DNA of 64,000 bases. Origin: Callorhinchus milii (taxonomy: Eukaryota). The DNA lies in contig NW_024704743.1 in NCBI RefSeq assembly GCF_018977255.1, positions 99,512,001-99,576,000 on the forward strand, given 5' to 3'. The notes beneath the pieces are model-generated. The model worked only from the letters and a program-made list of their open reading frames with translations. It was not told the DNA's origin and made no database searches. Positions 1-12,360 of the stretch are shown here, one piece after another. The stretch's first letter is position 1, and each line of letters starts with the position of its first letter. A program made the translations under genes and the position numbers.

Positions 1-59
1 AGTGCAGTATAAGGGGAGCGCTTGGTAAGACTATTGCTGTCCTTCCAATGAGCCTTTTA

Positions 60-330
60 ACCAACTTCATGGCTGTCTATTCAGATGGGTGTTAAAGACC
101 ACATGATGCTATTCGAGAAGGAAGTTTTTCCTGTCTAGGTGTACCAGCCAACAATCCTATAAAATAATTCACCTCTTGGCTGTTTGTGGAGCATTGCTGT
201 ATGCAAATTGTTTGCCTTGTTTGCCTACAAATACATAGTCACTACACTTATTAGAATTTACTATAGAGCACCTGTGACATTTTAATGTTAGCGGGATAAT
301 GTCAAATGCAAGGATTATTATTATTATTGT
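60..330 (+). mobile_element. Old Deu-domain-like SINE, 5'-truncated
   Basis: Degenerate CAGATG..GTTAAAGACCACATG..GCTGTTTGTGG..TTGCTGT..GCAAATTG body ending in AAATGCAAGG(ATT)n, as in other copies in the window. Confidence 0.7.
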
Positions 331-391
331 GCTATTATTATTATGTAATTACATTTAGATCAGGTAGTTTCTAATTGATTTTCAGCAATAG

Positions 392-508
392 GTAATAATA
401 ATAATACTTGCATTTGATATAGCGCCTTATCATGTCTTTGAGGCGTCTCAAAGCATTTCACAGAATATACTGTGAAGCGAATTGACTGTATATTTTTGTG
501 GGTGAAAT
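392..508 (-). mobile_element. Young SINE 3' fragment
   Basis: (AAT)n-CTTGCATTTGATATAGCGC..TCACAGAATATACTGT, the reverse complement of the tail of the full-length copy at 25261-25575. Confidence 0.85.
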
Positions 509-1009
509 TCTTATTTATGAATGAAGCAAGAAAATGTTAGAATTGTTCAGCAGTTGGATCGATGTGAGACGTAACATTGGAATTTCCTTGCTCACATGTG
601 TTGAAAGAAGAGTTTCCTGTGCCTCTATTTGGTTGGTTGTATCCAGCACTGCATCAGTTTATTTGGGTGGAGAGTTTTTAATGGACGCTAATTTCTACAA
701 AGACAGTGGAGACAGAACCATCACGCCGGGTTAAGAAAAATAGCTGACATTTTTGAATGATTATTAAATATGTAAAGGACTCTGTTATTAAATGTAATGT
801 TGGCTTAGAATCCTCTTATTATTGGATTTTTATAGAGTGGGCTCAATGTAAAAACCCTTTTGTTCCCAAAGGGCTATGTTTGCCCTATCATGCTGTTATA
901 TTATTAATTTTCAAATCAATTAACCAGCTAACATACATTCAGTATGCCACTTCGCTTTGTTCTTGTATCCACATATAGTAACTTGTACAAGGTGACTCCT
1001 GAGGCTCCG

Positions 1010-1023
1010 GTTGCCATGGCAAT
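1010..1023. promoter_or_regulatory. RFX X-box-like motif GTTGCCATGGCAAT
   Basis: 13/14 match to the palindromic X-box GTTGCCATGGCAAC, in non-repetitive sequence. Function is untested. Confidence 0.4.
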
Positions 1024-1364
1024 TAGCCTTGTCTTTTCCACATCACAGTTTGACTGCTGCACCCCAAGACGTAAATTATATAATGGTACCCACACTGTGC
1101 ATCACTCGGACATTGACAGGCATTAAGTCTTAGCAAGTGGCAATGTGAAAGAATAATTAGAAAGACAGAGCAACGTTTCACAGTTTCGGGCATGACATAA
1201 CACTAATCCTTTCATCAGACACTTGCAACAATGAATAAGGTTCATTCAGCAACGCTGGACTTGGAATCAATCTTCACAATTCTTTTTGGAAAAACAGGCT
1301 TTCAGAGTTGACCATTTAAGACACTCATTTAAGTGGCACTTGCAGACACAAAAAGAGAGAAAAC

Positions 1365-1485
1365 AAATGTGAATGTTGGAATACTGAGATAAAAAACAGA
1401 AAATGCTGGAAATTCAGAGCAGGTCAACCAATGTTTGAAATTGAGCGATGGATGGGCTGACATTTGGGGATTGGCCCTTCATCAT
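1365..1485 (+). mobile_element. Possible Penelope-like element terminal fragment
   Basis: AAAACAGAAAATGCTGGAAAT..AGCAGGTCA..CCCTTCATCA resembles, from memory, a common shark Penelope-associated terminal repeat. Degenerate. Confidence 0.4.
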
Positions 1486-1823
1486 ATCTTTACTGGGATT
1501 TGTTTGGCAAACTTTAGCATTGCTATTTCACCTGACATTCAGGATTGACATGGCATTTTTTTGAGCCGAGGAAAACTGTCTCCAACAAATCCGTGGTCTG
1601 GCAATCATTAAATTTCTCCAGATGAGTGATGGTCTCAGTGGCTGAATAATGAAAATGTTATATACATATTGCACATGCTAGTGTGAGGCGTGACAGCTGT
1701 GCTGTTTCCTGTGTTCATTTAATGTGACTGTTAGGCAGTCATCTCAGATAAACTATTTGACTTGTATATTCTCTCTTGATGCAGCCTGTTTGATACAGGC
1801 TTGTGTAGCAGAGATATTATGGG

Positions 1824-2030
1824 ATAATAATAATAATAATAATCCTTGCATTTGATATAGCACTTTTCACGTCTTCTAGCTGTCTCAAAGCGCTTCACAG
1901 AATATGCTGTAAAGTGAATTGACCGTATATTTGTGGGCGAAACGCAATTGTGCACAGCAGTGTCCCACAAACAATTGTGGATTGAAAATGACCAATTTAT
2001 TATTATTTTGTTTTTTGGAGGGTTTAATAA
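1824..2030 (-). mobile_element. Young SINE 3' half
   Basis: (AAT)n tail and body matching 17583-17920. Confidence 0.85.
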
Positions 2031-3016
2031 TCCATACATTTGACTTTGCACTATTCACATTGGGAGGATATACTGTAAAGTGGAATGAATGTGTGCTTTG
2101 TGGGCAAACTCTGCAGCCAATTACGTATAACAATGTCCCACAAATAGCCATGATGTGAATGATCAATTTTATATGGGGTATTATTGGTCAGGACACCAGG
2201 GGAAACTACCTTCTATTTCACGATAGTGTCATGGGCTCTTTAACATCCAGCTAATGGTGGTAGGATGAAAGGCTTGAAAACTGTCTGAATGCAATAGAGT
2301 AGAGAAGGTTCAGAGGGATCAGATTAAGAAAAGGTTTAAGAGGTGTACAATTAAAATATTATTTCTATTCTTTTGTGAATTGGAAACAAGAGATTAATTC
2401 AAGATTGCTACTGGATAATATTAGGAGTATAATGACTGGGAGTAGGAAGTCTTCCCACTCAGCTCTTGTTAACCCTGCACACCAGGTAGAATGTGCACTT
2501 TCCATATCATTTTCAATATGAGAGTATCCACTTGTACATGAAAATACATGGATCTCTCTGTTTGGTTTGGATACTCTTAAGTATGGTGATGGATTTCTGC
2601 ATGTGTCAGACACCCAGCTGACCAAACCAAATTATTATTAGAAGCATAAAGAGGGATCTTAGATTTTTTTTTGCATAATGATCATTAAGATGTGGAAAAG
2701 GTGGCTGCAAGTGGAATAATTTAAAAATTAATTAAATAAGCTCTTAAAAATAATAAATATATGATCACAGGAAAGGGTAGTAAAATTGATTACAGGAGAG
2801 AGCTCCAGGTAGTAGTTAACACAATAAAGAACAACAGGCAGAATTGATTTTGTGATGAAATTAGCATGAATTTGGCATATTTACAACACATTTTAAATTC
2901 ATAGAGCACCTTGTCTAAGAGCTTTACAGAGCTGACTAGGTATCCGAGCTGAGAGGAGGAGATGAAGATAGGAAAGATGACCAAAAGCAAGTAGGGAAAT
3001 CTTAAAGCGGGCTTCG

Positions 3017-3911
3017 CAACATCAACAAAATTACATTTGTAAAGTGTCTTTCACATCGTGTGGACGTCCCAAGGCGCTGAAGAGTCGGGAATCAGGACCT
3101 GAGCGAGGGGAGCAGGGTTGGAATAAGGGAGGACAGAGAGGTAGGAGGGCGGCTGAAGGCACAGTCGAAAAGTAGGGTCTTGAGTCATGCCTTGAAGGAG
3201 GCAAGGGAGGGAGCCAAGCAAAGGAATTGTAGGATGGAGTTACAGAGGGTGGGGGCAGAGAGGCTGAAAGCTTGACTGACGATGGTAGAGTGGGTCGGGT
3301 GGGAGACATGGAGCAGGCTGGAGCCTGCTGAACAGAGGGAGTGGACAAGTTGATAGGGGGTTAGCAAGTCAGAGAGGTAGGAGGGGGCAAGGCCGTGGAG
3401 GGCCTTGAAAGTGAAAACGAGGATTTTGAATTCTATCCTCTGAAGGATGGGGAGCCAGTGGAGCCGGACGAGGGTGGGGTGATGAGGTCACGGAGCCTGG
3501 TATGAGAGAGGACATGAGCTGCAGAGTTCTGGATGATCTGCAGCTTGTGGAGTGAAGAGTTGGGGAGGTCGACAAGGAGGGAGTTTCTGTTGTCGAGCCT
3601 TGAGGTGACGAATATGTGTTTGAGGAGCAGTGATGGAGTCGGACAATGTTGCGGAGGAGGAGGATGGCAGAACGGGTTATGGCACAAATATGGAGGACAA
3701 AGGACAGTTGAGGTTCAAACAAGACGCCCAGGTTCCTGACTAGCTTGGTGAAGTGGAGTGTGCATCCGTGGATGCTGATGCTAACACTGACTGAGGTGCG
3801 GAGGTGCTGGCACAAGACAATCAGGAGAGCCTCGGCTTACATTCAGTTGCAGAAAATTGGTTCTCATCCAGGATTTGATGTCTGATAGACAGTTTGACAA
3901 GAGAGGACAGC
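3017..3911 (-). mobile_element. L2 LINE, 3' part (RT C-terminus and tail)
   Basis: Frameshifted peptides [44 protein letters not shown], plus an L2 tail with (CAA)n on the + strand. Confidence 0.9.
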
Positions 3912-6900
3912 TGCAAGAGATCCAACGTTTGCTGTTAACAACATCCACAAAACAAAACAAAAGAATTTTGCTTGCTGCCAACGAACTTTGAAATTGTCAC
4001 CACTGTGATGTAGTATTAAGTTAGGTATGTTTACGCTTTTTAGCTGACCTGCAGAAATCCAATCTCGATTATAGACGTTGCGATTAAATGAAGGCTGCTT
4101 TAAAATTTAAAAGTGCGGAGGGTGGGTTGGATCAGATGGAGTTCTGGAGAGCGACTGTGGAATGGATGAATGATGGGGCAGATCAGGTGGGAGACATGGA
4201 GCAGGCCAGTGTTTGCTGAGTGGAGAGAGTGGCTGGGGAGGTACTGATGCAGGAGATCACAGAAGAAAGTAGGGTCATTCCCAAAATTAGACATTTATGA
4301 GGTGTTTTGATAAACTAAACAGGGGATATTATTTCCATCGGTCAGTGAGCCAGGGCATAGACTGAAGGTAATCGACAAAAAGAGCAAAGGGAGCAGTTGG
4401 ATAATTTATTTTACACAGAAGGTAGATGGAAAGCCCAATGTGGAACCATGGTTGATGCTGAATCCTTATGAGCTTGTAAATGGGAATTAGATAAATATCT
4501 GAAAAGGAGATACATAAAAAAGGGTGTGGGGAATAAACAGTAATATGAGTCAGGTAGCTCTTTCACAGAGCCAGCACAGGAATAATGGAATGCCATCCTA
4601 AAGAATATGAGTTCAAAGTCCCAACATGAGATGTGAACCCACAACGTCTGGCCAAGAGGCAAGATTGTGACCAACTGAGCCAGACTGACCCAAGGCCACT
4701 TATTGCTCAGTGGGTAGGGTAGGCAATCTATCAGGCTTTGCTACCCACCAATCGAAATTCCTAAAAACAAGAGAGTAGATGGTTTGAAAAGCTACATATA
4801 AAAAACTCAGAATAGCTCTACAACAGAGAACATATGATGCCTTATCTTTTAGTGATTGTGGAGACAAAAGCAGTAAATGTCTTTGTTTCATTTATGTTGC
4901 TGCTTCATCTTAGTGTTGGCTCTGGAAAGAGAATAATTACAAATTCAACTCTTGGATGATCTCCTTTCTGACCCTATCGCAGTAGACAGCCACCACTGGG
5001 ACTCAAGCAAGACTTAGGTCTGGTAACAATAGGGTGGGTCAGCAGTACTGCACTGGGTGCCTGATATTTGTATTTTGTTTTGTTTACAGCCAGACTGAAG
5101 CTGATCTTATCTTCACAACCATCCAGTAATTCTGTTCTGTGGGTCACTGTCAGCCCAGAGTCCTGCGATCAGAGGGACAGGACTGCAGTCAAGCATGCAG
5201 TAAAAATAAGACTGCCTGCTGATCCCCACGATATCTCGGACTGACCCCTCAAAGCTCTCACTGCAGGGTGGAAAGACCGATCAGCAGGCAAGAACTTTTA
5301 GACTGAACATTTGTGATTTTTTTTGTCTGAAGGCGAGTGAGAGGGGGGCAGGAAACAACTTCAGATTTTAATGACTTCAGATTTTATATGAAATTGAAAT
5401 TTAACACGGTACATTACTTAATAATCATTTGTAGAACCACCATCCCCTTTTGAACCTTCAGTGACAAAAATGTATTTGTTGCAATCCATAGCTGCTGCAT
5501 TATGGTAACTTAATGTCACCACCACCAAAACAATCATCCTTGGGTGCCTTCAACACAGAGTAATGCACACCGGAAAGTATTTAATTCATGCTGAGACACA
5601 ATTAGCCACGTCCGTGACTGTAATTAACATGCTCCCTTCTAGTTCCCAGTTAAGTATGAACCCTTTCTGTTAATCTTGCATAGCTAAACTACATTTAAGC
5701 CAATTCCATTTGCTCTTGGACCAAAACTGCTTGCTTCCATCTCTACCCCTTAGAACCCTTTACTTAGCCCTTCTGCAGCTGAAACCCACATCTGCAGCTT
5801 TCACACCTTGAGATTGGTATCTCCAATGTTCTCCTCACTGAGCCTCCCAAGCTCCATCTTCCCCAAATACCAACTCATAATAATAATAATCCTTGTATTT
5901 GATATAGCGCCTTGTCACGTCTTTGCGATGTCTCAAAGCATTTCACAGAATATACCATAAAATGAATTGACTATATTTTGTGGGCGAAACATCCAAAACA
6001 CTATGGCCAAAACTGCTTTCCTTTTTTTAGCTGCTCACACCCATTTCCTCTAACCTCGCCTTGCTTCACTGGCTCCCGATACCCTAGTGAATTGTTTTCA
6101 GAAGTGAACTATTAAAAATCTTTTAAATAAGTTAGGTATGTTGACGCTTTTTTAGCTGATCTGCAGAAATCCAATCTTGATTATAAATGTCGCGATTAAG
6201 TGAAGGCTGCTTATGCTTATGCTCGGTAGCAGGTGTCGAGATGACTTACGTAACTACAATCTCGATAATAAAATGCTGTTTTAATTAAATTGATCTGAGG
6301 AGCAGCATTCTATCTAAGCGTAACAGATGTTACAGGGCAGTTAGTATGACACTGTATAAAATGTTATGAGAAGATGTCATTGTGCTGTATTATGAAGAGT
6401 TAAATTGGCTGAGAAAGAAGTGAATTTGTTGTTGCAGCTGTAATTTGAAGCGTTGCAAATTAATTGTGCTGTACTACACCTGTAATGTGCTGATCAGAGT
6501 CGGCATAAGGGCCCAGGTTGACATGATTAAAACAATCATTAGGTGGGTGAGAAAGTGCTGACGTGCACTTATCAGCCTGAAGTAAAGAAGCATATTATAA
6601 AGAAATATATATTACAGCTACACTTCGGAAGTTCAAGTTGGCATGAGAGTGAGTACATCATTCGCTCCTCCAAGAAGGCAGAACTCCCACCAAAGGTTCT
6701 GAGATTCAATCCACTCAAGTGTCCAAGATTCAGGAATATCAAAAGAAGAAAGAAGAAGTCATTGACAATGCAAGAACACAGATGCAAGAGATCCAACGCT
6801 TGCTGTTAACAACATCCACAAAATAAAACAAGCGAATTTTGCCTGCTACCAATGAATTTTAAAATTGTCACCACTGTGATGTAGTATTAAGTTAGGTATG

Positions 6901-9421
6901 TTTACGCATTTTAGCTGACCTGTAGAAATCCAATCTTGATTCTAAATGTTGCAATTAAGTGAAGGTTGCTTTAAAAGTGCGGAGGGTGGGTTGAATCAGA
7001 GGAACTCCGGGATGGAGTTTCAGAGAGCGAATGTGGAATGGATGAATGATGGGGCAGATCAGGTGGGGGACATGGAGCAGGCCAGTGTTCACTGAGTGGA
7101 GAGAGTGGCTGGGGAGGTATGGATGCAGGAGATCACAGAAGAAAGTAGGCTCATTTCTAAAATTAAACATTTATGAGATGTTTTATAAAATAAACAGGGG
7201 ATATTATTTCCATCGGTCAGTGAGCCAGGGCATAGACTGAAGGTAATCGACAAAAAGAGCAAAGGGAGCAGTTGGACAATTTATTTTACACAGAAGGTAG
7301 ATGGAAAGCCCAATGTGGAACCATGGTTGATGCTGAATCCTTATGAGCTTGTAAATGGGAATTAGATAAATATCTGAAAAGGAGATACATAAAAAACGGT
7401 GTGGGGAATAAACAGTAATATGAGTCAGGTAGCTCTTTCACAGAGCCAGCACAGGAATAATGGAATGCCATCCTAAAGAATATGAGTTCAAAGTCCCAAC
7501 ATGAGATGTGAACCCACAACGTCTGGCCAAGAGGCAAGATTGTGACCAACTGAGCCAGACTGACCCAAGGCCACTTATTGCTCAGTGGGTAGGGTAGGCA
7601 ATCTATCAGGCTTTGCTACCCACCAATCGAAATTCCTAAAAACAAGAGAGTAGATGGTTTGAAAAAGCTACATATAAAAAACTCAGAATAGCTCTACAAC
7701 AGAGAACATATGATGCCTTATCTTTTAGTGATTGTGGAGACAAAAGCAGTAAATGTCTTTGTTTCATTTATGTTGCTGCTTCATCTTAGTGTTGGCTCTG
7801 GAAAGAGAATAATTACAAATTCAACTCTTGGATGATCTCCTTTCTGACCCTATCGCAGTAGACAGCCACCACTGGGACTCAAGCAAGACTTAGGTCTGGT
7901 AACAATAGGGTGGGTCAGCAGTACTGCACTGGGTGCCTGATATTTGTATTTTGTTTTGTTTACAGCCAGACTGAAGCTGATCTTATCTTCACAACCATCC
8001 GGTAATTCTGCTCTGTGGGTCACTGTCAGCCCAGAGTCCTGCGATCAGAGGGACAGGACTGCAGTCAAGCATGCAGTAAAAATAAGACTGCCTGCTGATC
8101 CCCACGATATCTCGGACTGACCCCTCAAAGCTCTCACTGCAGGGTGGAAAGACCGATCAGCAGGCAAGAACTTTTAGACTTAACATTTGTGATTTTTTTT
8201 GGCTGAAGGCAGGTGAGAGGGGGGCAGGAAACAACTTCAGATTTTAACGACTTCAGATTTTATATGAAATTGAAATTTAACACGGTACCTTACTTAATAA
8301 TCATTTGTAGAACCACCATCCCCTTTTGTACCTTCAGTGACAAAAATGTATTTGCTGCAATCCATAGCTGCTGTATTATGGTAATTTAATGTCACCACCA
8401 CCAAAACAATCATCCTTGGGTGCCTTCAACACAGAGTAATGCACACCGGAAAGTATTTAATTCATGCTGAGACACAATTAGCCACGTCCGTGACTGTAAT
8501 TAACATGCTCCCTTCTAGTTCCCAGTTAAGTATGAACCCTTTCTGTTAATCTTGCATAGCTAAACTACATTTAAGCCAATTCCATTTGCTCTTGGACCAA
8601 AACTGCTTGCTTCCATCTCTACCCCTTAGAACCCTCTACTTAGCCCTTCTGTATCTGAAACCCATATCTACAGCTTTGATACCTTGAGGTTGGTATCTCC
8701 AATGTTCTCCTCACTGAGGCTCCCAAGCTGCACCTTCCCGAAACATCAACTCATAATAATCCTTGCATTTGATATAGCCCCTTATCACATCTTTGCGATG
8801 TCAAAGCATTTCACAGAATATACCGTAAAATGAATTGACTATACTTTGTGGGCGAATCATCCAAAGCACTGTGGCCAAAACTGCTCTCTTTTTCTTAGCT
8901 GCTCACACCCATTACCTGTAACCTCGCCTTGCTTCACTGGCTTCCAATACGATAATGAATTGTTATCAAAAGTGAACTATTAAAAATCTTTTAATTAAGT
9001 TAGGTATGTTGATGCTTTTTAGCTGACCTGCAGAAATCTAATCATGATGTTTTGATTAAGTGAAGGTTGCTTATGCTCATGCTTGGTAGCAGGTGTCGAG
9101 ATGACTTACATAACTACAATCTCGATAATAAAATGCTGTTTTAATTAAATTGATCTGAAGAGCTGCATTCTATCTAAGCGTAACAGGTGTTACAGGGCAG
9201 TTGGTATGACACTGTATGAAATATTACGAGAAGATGTCAATGTGCTGTATTATGAAGAGTTAAATTAGCTACGAAAGAAGAAGTGAATTTGTTGTTGCAG
9301 CTGTAGTTTGAAGCGTTGCAAATTAATTGTGCTGTACTACACCTGTAGGGTGTTGATTAGAGTTGGCGTAAGGGCCCAAGGCCGACATGATTAAAACAAT
9401 CATTAGTTGGGTGAGAAAGTG
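3912..9421 (+). repeat. Tandem duplication, ~2871-bp unit, ~1.9 copies
   Basis: 3912-6557 aligns with 6783-9421 (both start TGCAAGAGATCCAACG and end TGGGTGAGAAAGTG). ORFs 4411..4674 and 7286..7549 are identical. 6558-6782 is present once. Confidence 0.97.
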
Positions 9422-9959
9422 AAGGTTGAGGTGAGAGGAGAGGCAGTGGAAGAGGATGGAGTGGTCCATGGTATCAAAGGCAGTAGAGAGGTTGAGAGGG
9501 CATGGAGGCAGAGGGAGCCCTGGTCACAGATGAACAGAATGTTGTTTGCGACTGTTTGTGACCAGAGCAGTTACCGTGCTGTGAGCAGCATGGAAACCCG
9601 ATTGGACGGGCTTGTGAAGGGAGTGTTAGGAGAAGAAGGAGCGAAGCTGGGCAGCAATGACTCTTTCAAGGATCTTGGAAAGAAAAGGGAGATTGGAGAT
9701 AGGCCAGTAGTTAGAAAACAGGGATGGGTCCGGGGGAAGGTTTTTTCAGGTTGGGGATGATTATAGCTGTCTTTAGGGGGATGGGAACGTTGCCAGATGA
9801 TAGGGAGAGATTGATGGTGTCGGAGAGCAGATGAGCGAGGAGGTGGTGCTGGGAGGTAAGGAGAGGGATGGGGACGGGATTAAGGGAGCACGTGGTGTGT
9901 TTCATGTCAGATGTGGTGGTGATGAGAGAGGAGGGGAGACAGGTTCGAAGACACTCCAC
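9419..9959 (-). mobile_element. L2 LINE RT-domain fragment, collinear continuation of 3017-3911
   Basis: Peptide TTCSLNPVP..DTINLSLSSGNVPIPLKTAIIIPNLKKP; aligns to ~61240-61790 of the L2 at 60078-61940. Confidence 0.85.
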
Positions 9960-10044
9960 ACTTTAAAAGTATTTGTATATAGGCATATATATACAAATAC
10001 TTTTAAAGTATTTTTATATAGTCATATGGTTCCACCCATCATAC

Positions 10045-10340
10045 GATGGGTGGAACCATATGCCTATATAAAGCAATGGTCGGCGCTACTCATGGTCGCT
10101 AAGTAATGGTCGTCATCTAGTACATACTGACGTGTACAGGTTGGTTTAATATTTATTTACTCATGTAGTATTCGGCTGCCAGTTGTTATAGTTATGTATG
10201 ATTGTTATATTTGCTCCCATTGTTGTATATCTTAAATTGTTGTGTTCCTTATAAGCGAGGTAACCTAGGGTTGCTAGGTTTTAATAAAGAGCTGTTGTTT
10301 CTACCGAATGTATCCTTGAGTCGCTGTAGTATTCTAGACA
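10045..10340 (+). mobile_element. Putative 5'-truncated solo LTR
   Basis: GGGTGGAACC then TATATAAA (10065-10072), AATAAA (10283-10288), terminal ACA at 10340; relatively CpG-rich. No TSD or 5' TG end found. Confidence 0.4.
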
Positions 10341-10919
10341 AGAAAAGGAGTAAGCATTTCGGAGGGTAGTTGTCAACATTGGAGGTCTACTAGTGTGAGC
10401 AGACTCCAATTAGACATTCCAGTTACTGGGCATTGGGGTTAACTTGGAATACCTGTGACTCTGACTTGGTTGAGTCATCTTTGAAATAGGGACTCACACT
10501 GAACAGGGTTAGGAGAGAACCAGAGGCCACTTAGTAAAAAGCGTTAATAACATTTGCACGTACATCAAAGGGTGAGAACCGTTGCAGCGTAATTGACTGC
10601 TGCGTTTCACCCACAAATACAGTCAATTCAGTTTACAATCTATCCTGTGAAGCACTTTGAGATGTCTCAATGATGTGATAAGGCACTATACCAAATGCAA
10701 GGATTATTATTGTATTGTGAAGAAATTCTTTATAAAACAAGGGAACATAAAAAGCTGTGTCTGCAAACAAGCTGCCCCTGTCTGGGAAAACCTGATTAAA
10801 TGAAAGATTACGCACTGTGCAAAATAAGGACTGACAATATCTTCGCCTACAAAATTGACAGTCACAACACTTCATAGTGAATCCTGTGAAGCACTTTGAG
10901 ACATCCTCCCAAAATAGGT

Positions 10920-11135
10920 GTCATCCTGGTTCAGTTGGTTGGCACTTGTCTTTGAGTCAGGAGATTGTGGATCGAAGCCTGACTTTGGGACTATGACCTC
11001 ACATGTCTGGGATGAACACTTCAGGGCAGTGCTGGAGGAGTGCTGTGTTACTGGAGGTCCAATCTTTCAGATGAAACGTTAAACCAAGGTCGCATTTGCC
11101 TGTTCAAGTAGATGCTAAAGATCCAATGATATTCA
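10920..11135 (+). mobile_element. Old tRNA-headed Deu-like SINE, 5' part
   Basis: Box A/B-like head TGGTTCAGTTGG..GGATCGAAGCC, then GGAGTGCTG..GGAGGT..CTTTCAGATGAAACGTTAAACC. Confidence 0.75.
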
Positions 11136-12360
11136 GTTTGTGTTTTGGGTTAGTCAATAATGGACACATGCGGAAACCCATTACGATACTTTGGACTGAA
11201 TATCGAAATCAGATAAAGACAAAGTGATGCTAGCTGGAATGTAATGTGCATTCTCCCCTGGAGGGATGCACCCTGCTTACCTAATTCTGGAGAGTACACA
11301 CATGTCGTATCAGTCGGGAACATAACACTTAATATGACCTTTGTGAAGTCCGAGTTGCAGGCAATCTGTATAAATCGTAAAAAATCAAATTTAATTAATA
11401 ATTTATGCTGTGTATGCGCAATTCAATGCAGCAGGTAAGTGCCCATGTGATACTTCATCACTGCAACCGGTAAACAGGTCAAGACTATGTTTTCTGTGAT
11501 TCAATCTGCCTTGACATGTGGCCGCATATACACTTAAAGGCAACATTGGAATTGCATTGAATCACGGGAAATGAAGTTCTTCTGTGCATCCGTCGATGGA
11601 TTAAGACTTTGTTTCCCAAGATTCAATAAAGCTGGACGTCAAGTGCACTTGCTCAATGGGTCAGGATTAGGCGATTATACAATGGTTTCACCAGTTGAAG
11701 GTGCAGAGATGGAGCAGTGGATGTTCATCCCTGGATACCAATCACGATGGATATGAAGACTCGGATGTATGAGAGTGTGTTCATGAACCCAGATAACTGG
11801 AAATGCCCTGTAGCAGCTGTCACCCCAAGCCTCAGAGTTTGCTCATCAGCTATTAAACAGAAATCAGCACTGAGCATAGTTTTTCTCAGTTTTTCTCAAC
11901 ATTCCCTCAAATTCCCTCCGCTTGTTAGTTGATTGGCGGATTACTTTTCCGAGTGTAATAATTCCTTAAAAAGATAATACTAAATAAAAAAATTGATCAC
12001 TCAATTCATGACTGTTTGTGGGACAGTGCTGTGCGCAGTTGGCTGCTGGTTTTACCTACAAAATATACAGTCAATTCACTTTATAGTATATTCTGTGAAA
12101 TGCTTTGAAACATCTTGAAGACGTCTCTTCTATAGTTGAAGGCACTATATCAAATGCAACGATTATTATTAGATAAATTTGCTAATGTATATCATAGCTG
12201 TTTGTGGTAGTTTACTGTGTACAAATTGGCTGCTGTATTTGCCAACAAAATACAGTCACTTTTCAGCAAATCCTTTGAAGTGTCCTTCAGATGTGAAAGG
12301 CACTATATGAAATGCAAGAATTATTATTATTGGAATTAATATGCTACCTTAATATTAATC

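Noticed and set aside
6100..6420. Protein-looking frame VRYVDAFLADLQKSNLDYKCRD..
   Set aside because: Stop density is about what random AT-rich DNA gives, and no motif is recognisable.
4017..9072. CRISPR-like or LTR interpretation of the 85-bp repeats
   Set aside because: Spacing is 0.7-2 kb, there are no cas genes, the context is eukaryotic, and there are no TG..CA ends, PBS or PPT.
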